Part shown: piece by piece, positions 59,881 to 64,000 of the stretch
How positions within the stretch are numbered: the first letter of the stretch is position 1
Layout of the letters: each line of letters starts with the position of its first letter
Source of the DNA: Candidatus Campbellbacteria bacterium
Lineage (GTDB): Bacteria > Patescibacteriota > Minisyncoccia > Phycocordibacterales > JAXHMZ01
Assembly: GCA_034521025.1 (NCBI GenBank)
Contig: JAXHMZ010000004.1
Coordinates: 41,315-105,314, forward strand
Direction of reading: 5' to 3'
Length of the DNA stretch: 64,000 nucleotides
Notes under the pieces: model-generated
Told to the model about the DNA's origin: nothing
The model's input: only the letters and a program-made list of their open reading frames with translations
Databases searched by the model: none
Position numbers and translations under genes: made by a program

Positions 59881-60096
59881 ATGCCTAAAGAAAACGTTCA
59901 GACGCAGGTTGGTGTTGTTACGGAAGCACTTCCCAATACAATGTTTCGAGTTCAGCTCGAAGACAGTAATGAAGAAGTACTAGCTTATCTTTCTGGAAAG
60001 ATGAGAAAGTACAGGATTCGTGTTTTGGTTGGTGATTCTGTTCGTATGGAAATGGATCCTTATGGAGGAAAGGCGCGTATAGTAACTCGACTTTAG
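59881..60096 (+). CDS. infA: Translation initiation factor IF-1.
   Basis: S1-like domain showing [44 protein letters not shown]. Confidence 0.9.
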   Translation: MPKENVQTQVGVVTEALPNTMFRVQLEDSNEEVLAYLSGKMRKYRIRVLVGDSVRMEMDPYGGKARIVTRL

Positions 60097-60149
60097 AGTT
60101 GGAGAGACTTGAGCGCGTCTGCGTACTTGCCGGCACAAATAGCATCACT

Positions 60150-60266
60150 ATGAAAGTTAATTCATCAATAAAAAAACGTAGCCCGGAAGACAAAATAGTT
60201 CGTCGTAAAGGACGTCTATATGTTATTAATAAAAAGAAACCTCGCAACAAGCAGCGCCAGGGTTAA
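60150..60266 (+). CDS. rpmJ: 50S ribosomal protein L36, zinc-independent (C-) variant (38 aa).
   Basis: [38 protein letters not shown] has L36 spacing, but the four Zn ligands are replaced by S/D/N/R. It was missed by the ORF track. Confidence 0.75.
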   Translation: MKVNSSIKKRSPEDKIVRRKGRLYVINKKKPRNKQRQG

Positions 60267-60290
60267 AATTGGCGTTATATATTTACTATT

Positions 60291-60671
60291 ATGAGAATTT
60301 TTGGTATTACAATTCCAGACGAGAAGCGACTAGAAATAGGCTTAACAGAACTATATGGCGTTGGCAGAAACCGCGCCCATGAGATCTTGGATGAGGCCGG
60401 AGTAGACTATGGTAAAAAAGCCAAGGATCTTAAAGAATCCGAGGAAACCAAATTAAGGAACATAATAGAAGGTTATACGATCGAAGGAGACTTAAAGAGG
60501 ACTGTATCCGGGAATATAAAGCGCTTAAAAGATTCGAATACTTATCGTGGTGCTAGGCATGCGCGAAACCTTCCCGGACGGGGACAGCGTACGAAATCCA
60601 ATTCACGTACAGTTCGCGGGAACCGTAGAAATACTATGGGATCAGGACGTAGAGCTGTTGAAAAGAAATAA
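60291..60671 (+). CDS. rpsM: 30S ribosomal protein S13.
   Basis: MRIFGITIPDEKRLEIGLTELYGVG is present. Confidence 0.95.
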   Translation: MRIFGITIPDEKRLEIGLTELYGVGRNRAHEILDEAGVDYGKKAKDLKESEETKLRNIIEGYTIEGDLKRTVSGNIKRLKDSNTYRGARHARNLPGRGQRTKSNSRTVRGNRRNTMGSGRRAVEKK

Positions 60672-60695
60672 GTTTGCAAAGCAAAGTAGAAATAT

Positions 60696-61115
60696 ATGGG
60701 TAAAAAGAGAATTATCACAAAGAGCGGAGAAGGAGGAAAGCGAGTACAAGCCAAAGCTGCGAAACGACGCGTTGCTGAAGGGAAGCTCTACATTCACTCT
60801 TCATACAATAACACCAAACTTCTTTTGACCGATAAAGAAGGAGGGGCTTTGGTGTGGTCTACCGCGGGCGCGCTTGGATTTAGTGGAGCGAGAAAAGCAA
60901 CTCCTTATGCCGCCGCGAAAGTAGGGGAGCTTTTAGCCGAAAGCGCCGAAAATATGGGAATGAAAGAGGTAGATATAGTAGTAAAGGGAGTAGGAGCAGG
61001 TCGTGAATCCTCCATCAGATCTTTTGCATCAAAAGGTGTGAAAATCGGTTCAATAAAAGACGACACACCAATTCCACACGGAGGTCCTCGTCCACCTCGG
61101 CCTAGAAGAGTTTAG
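60696..61115 (+). CDS. rpsK: 30S ribosomal protein S11.
   Basis: IHSSYNNTKLLLTDKEGGALVWSTAG is present. Confidence 0.95.
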   Translation: MGKKRIITKSGEGGKRVQAKAAKRRVAEGKLYIHSSYNNTKLLLTDKEGGALVWSTAGALGFSGARKATPYAAAKVGELLAESAENMGMKEVDIVVKGVGAGRESSIRSFASKGVKIGSIKDDTPIPHGGPRPPRPRRV

Positions 61116-61150
61116 TTGGTGTTTAAGTAATTTAGTACGGAATAATTGAT

Positions 61151-61765
61151 ATGTTAACAAGTCCAAAATACAAAATTTGCCGCAGACTCGGCTCTCATAT
61201 ATACGAAAAATGCCAAACTCAGAAGTTTCAGCTTGCTGAGGCTAGAAAGGGTAAGATGCAACGGCATGGTCGTCGCAGGAATGTTAGTGAATATGGAGAA
61301 CAGCTCCTAGAGAAGCAACGAGTTCGTTATACATACGGTCTAAGGGAAAAGCAGTTTTCTCGTTATGTTAAAGAAGCGAGCGAAACTACCGGCGCAGTGC
61401 CAGCAGAAATCCTTTTCCAGACATTGGAACGACGTCTTGATAATGCAGTATACAAACTCGGACTAGCTCCCTCGAGAGCGTTTGCAAGGCAATTGGTGTC
61501 ACACGGACACATAAAGATAAATAATAGAAAAATTGACATTCCGTCTTATCAGGTAAAGGTTGATGATGTGATCAGCGTCAAGGATTCAACCAAAGAAAAG
61601 AATATATTTGATATCATCCAAGGTCGTTTAGAAAATTACAAACAACCTAATTGGCTTTCTTTTGACCCCAAGAAGTTTGAAGGGAAAGTAACATCTTTGC
61701 CAAAAATGGAAGCGCACGAACTTGGTTTTGATCTTTCATCGGTGATTCAGTTTTATAGTAGATAA
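61151..61765 (+). CDS. rpsD: 30S ribosomal protein S4.
   Basis: S4 domain RLDNAVYKLGLAPSRAFARQLVSHGHI is present. Confidence 0.95.
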   Translation: MLTSPKYKICRRLGSHIYEKCQTQKFQLAEARKGKMQRHGRRRNVSEYGEQLLEKQRVRYTYGLREKQFSRYVKEASETTGAVPAEILFQTLERRLDNAVYKLGLAPSRAFARQLVSHGHIKINNRKIDIPSYQVKVDDVISVKDSTKEKNIFDIIQGRLENYKQPNWLSFDPKKFEGKVTSLPKMEAHELGFDLSSVIQFYSR

Positions 61766-61780
61766 CCAAAATTTAGCATT

Positions 61781-62761
61781 ATGTCAGAGCACAACATTGT
61801 ACTACCATCAAAGCCTAAAGTAATCAAAGAGGAAGAGTTTTCCGGAGTTTATGAAGTCGATGGCTTGTATCCGGGATATGGTCACACTTTGGGCAATTCG
61901 CTTCGAAGAATAATTCTCTCTTCACTTGAAGGAGCGGCAATAGTTTCTGTAAAAATTGATGGGGTTGGACACGAGTTTTCAACCATTGAAGGCGTAAAAG
62001 AGGATGTAATAACAATTTTACTTAACCTAAAAAACGTTAGAGTTAAACTTAATACTTCAGAAACCACCACCATTAATCTCTCAGTTAAAGGTCAGAAAGA
62101 AGTTACTGCTCAAGACCTGGAAGCTCCTAGTCAAGCTGAGATATTAAATCCGGATCAATACATCTGTTCTGTGACAGATAAGAATGCCGAGATCTCTATG
62201 GAGATCAAAGCAAGAAAAGGACTGGGGTATCTTCCTAAGGAAGTCCTTGGTGAGGATCGTACGGAGATAGGAACTATAATCCTAGACGCTTCATTCACTC
62301 CAATACGACGCGTTAATTACGAGGTAGAAAATATGCGTGTAGGAAACAGGACTGACTTCAACCGACTGAGGATCTTTATAGAGACCGACGGAACCTTAAC
62401 GCCGCGAGAAGCACTAGAACAGTCCATTCAGATCATGATCAGTCAATTGAGAGCAATTGTTGGATTTAAAGAAGAAGCTCCGGTTACTGAAGCAAAAGAA
62501 GAAAGTGAAGAGAGTGTAAGTGATGCAAACGAAGAAGAGTCTACTGAGGAAGATAGCGATACTGAATACCTAAAAACCAGAATTGAAACCCTCGATTTGT
62601 CCACTAGGACCATCAACGCCCTTACTGAGGCGAATATTCGAACAGTAGGAGGTCTCGCAAGAAAGAAGGAGGAAGATATCTTGAACCTTCCTGGACTAGG
62701 ATCAAAGGGCCTTCAAGAGATAAAAAGAGCTGTAACTAACTTCGGAATAACTCTTAAATAA
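61781..62761 (+). CDS. rpoA: DNA-directed RNA polymerase subunit alpha.
   Basis: The N-terminal dimerisation domain shows GYGHTLGNSLRRILLSSL. The C-terminal domain shows an HhH. Confidence 0.95.
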   Translation: MSEHNIVLPSKPKVIKEEEFSGVYEVDGLYPGYGHTLGNSLRRIILSSLEGAAIVSVKIDGVGHEFSTIEGVKEDVITILLNLKNVRVKLNTSETTTINLSVKGQKEVTAQDLEAPSQAEILNPDQYICSVTDKNAEISMEIKARKGLGYLPKEVLGEDRTEIGTIILDASFTPIRRVNYEVENMRVGNRTDFNRLRIFIETDGTLTPREALEQSIQIMISQLRAIVGFKEEAPVTEAKEESEESVSDANEEESTEEDSDTEYLKTRIETLDLSTRTINALTEANIRTVGGLARKKEEDILNLPGLGSKGLQEIKRAVTNFGITLK

Positions 62762-62826
62762 CCGTTTTGACTTTTAGAAAACTAACTGTTAAAGTTGCAA
62801 CGTTATAAAAAGCTATATTAGTAATT

Positions 62827-63186
62827 ATGCGACACCATTCTAAAATCCGTACACTTGGAAGAACGCGAAGTCAAAGGCGAGATCTTTTGCGTTCGTTAGC
62901 TAATTCGCTAATTAAGCATGGTCGCATTACCACAACTCAAGCCAAGGCGAAAGAACTTCGTCCTTATGTTGAGAAGATGGTTACTAAAGCAAAATCAAAT
63001 GACGACAATAAATTAGCAACGAAAAGGCTTTTATTGTCGCGACTAAATAACGAAGACGCTGTTAAAAAGCTTGAGAGCGACATTGGGCCTAGATATAAAG
63101 ACCGTGACGGTGGTTATACGAGGATATTGAAGCTTCCACGTCGCTCTAGCGATGGAGCCGAAATGGCAATTATCGAGTTTGTGTAG
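62827..63186 (+). CDS. rplQ: 50S ribosomal protein L17.
   Basis: MRHHSKIRTLGRTRSQRRDLLRSLANSLI is present. Confidence 0.9.
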   Translation: MRHHSKIRTLGRTRSQRRDLLRSLANSLIKHGRITTTQAKAKELRPYVEKMVTKAKSNDDNKLATKRLLLSRLNNEDAVKKLESDIGPRYKDRDGGYTRILKLPRRSSDGAEMAIIEFV

Positions 63187-63197
63187 AGATATCATTT

Positions 63198-63542
63198 ATG
63201 AACTATACTATTGATGCACAAGGGAAAAAGTTAGGAAGAGTAGCCAGTGAAGCGGCAAAGCTCCTTATGGGTAAGAATACTGTTACTTATAAACCGAATC
63301 TCGCTCCAGGAGTGACTGTGACGATCTCAAACGCTAGTAAACTATCTATATCAGAAGGCAAAAGAAGTGATAAAATATATCGCCGATATACTGGCTATCC
63401 CGGAGGCCTAAGAGAGGAAAGTTTGGGTGAAGTGGTAGATAAAAAGTCCAACGCTGAAATTATCAAAAAAGCAGTGTATGGAATGCTACCAGACAACAAG
63501 CTTCGCAAAGAAATGCTGGCTAATTTGGTTATAGAAGAATAA
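63198..63542 (+). CDS. rplM: 50S ribosomal protein L13 (short).
   Basis: GKKLGRVASEAAKLLMGKN...YRRYTGYPGG is present. Confidence 0.85.
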   Translation: MNYTIDAQGKKLGRVASEAAKLLMGKNTVTYKPNLAPGVTVTISNASKLSISEGKRSDKIYRRYTGYPGGLREESLGEVVDKKSNAEIIKKAVYGMLPDNKLRKEMLANLVIEE

Positions 63543-63544
63543 AT

Positions 63545-63952
63545 ATGGCGAAAAAAGAACAACAGAGATACATAGAGGCAGTGGGACGTAGGAAGCGAGC
63601 GATCGCGAGAGTTCGTCTTACCGAAAACAAAGAAAACGAAGTGGTTGTCAATGGAGTAAAACTCGAAGAAGCTTTTGATATTGGCGAACTACAAAAAGAC
63701 GTTATTTCTCCTTTGAAACTTGAGGGTGTTGCTCAATCGTATTCCGTCTCTGCTAAAGTAATGGGTGGCGGGATCTCGTCCCAAGCTGAAGCTATTCGCT
63801 TAGGTATAGCTAGAGCCTTGGTAAAAGAAGACGAAAACCTACGAAGCACTTTAAAGAAAGAAGGCTTCCTAAAGAGAGATCCACGTAAGAAGGAGAGGAA
63901 GAAATTCGGTCTTAAAAAGGCGCGAAAGTCACCACAATGGTCGAAGCGCTAG
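63545..63952 (+). CDS. rpsI: 30S ribosomal protein S9.
   Basis: GRRKRAIARVRL...GGGISSQAEAIRLGIARAL is present, and the protein ends in R. Confidence 0.9.
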   Translation: MAKKEQQRYIEAVGRRKRAIARVRLTENKENEVVVNGVKLEEAFDIGELQKDVISPLKLEGVAQSYSVSAKVMGGGISSQAEAIRLGIARALVKEDENLRSTLKKEGFLKRDPRKKERKKFGLKKARKSPQWSKR

Positions 63953-64000
63953 TGTTTCGCCAATAGTTGAATAAGTTGTTTGCGGCTCTTAATATAAGGC

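Overview
This 64-kb window comes from a low-GC bacterial chromosome (by eye roughly 38-42% GC). It has the look of a reduced genome, possibly a CPR/Patescibacteria-like or other ultra-small bacterium. The evidence is minimal ATP synthase delta/epsilon subunits, an AlaS without the C-Ala domain, a UvrA without its insertion domain, a UvrC without HhH2, and many small bitopic hypothetical proteins.

Almost all genes are on the + strand. In order they are:
- a 5'-truncated GH15 glucoamylase-like gene;
- several secreted or membrane hypothetical genes, then DUF4105, HtrA, DUF2207 and an SLT-like transglycosylase;
- RluB-family pseudouridine synthase (minus strand), FKBP PPIase and Tgt;
- uvrB, then two paralogous unknown genes, a PAS histidine kinase and a CheY response regulator, then uvrA, uvrC and ddl;
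- tRNA-Ala(UGC) followed by a hairpin-rich non-coding stretch;
- a locus at about 23.6-32.6 kb holding a paralogous family of 4-TM, 4-Cys surface proteins: one intact outlier (A), one frameshifted copy (B), one intact copy (C) and one mosaic 3' fragment (D); TrhO, DsbB(BdbC)-DoxX and tRNA-Ala(GGC) also sit in this locus;
- the full F-type ATP synthase operon atpBEFHAGDC;
- a beta-carbonic-anhydrase-like small protein, pterin dehydratase, YchF, and a LeuS carrying an inserted alpha/beta-hydrolase domain;
- a sigma-region-4 plus HARE-HTH protein, MltG and MnmA;
- a DNA-repair cluster: an ATP-cone plus REase-like protein, a Cas4-like nuclease, MGMT, Pcm and UDG family 4;
- PepF, a PDT-only PheA, AlaS, a PilM/FtsA-like ATPase with a partner protein, and finally infA-rpmJ-rpsM-rpsK-rpsD-rpoA-rplQ-rplM-rpsI.

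The most notable observations:
- A roughly 2-kb, visibly GC-rich island (about 30.3-32.3 kb) encodes a membrane coiled-coil protein and has replaced the 5' part of paralog D.
- A perfect 30-bp palindrome is repeated four times. One copy sits upstream of uvrB, and two copies carry a symmetry-preserving compensatory substitution.
- There is evidence of gene conversion and a slippage frameshift within the paralog family.
- A YdeN/RBBP9-type serine hydrolase domain is inserted into LeuS.
- A two-component module with paired unknown sensor-like proteins lies between uvrB and uvrA.
- A roughly 300-nt ORF-free minus-strand unit has a consensus promoter and an intrinsic terminator, making it a candidate ncRNA.

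No rRNA genes, CRISPR arrays, integrases or transposases were found.
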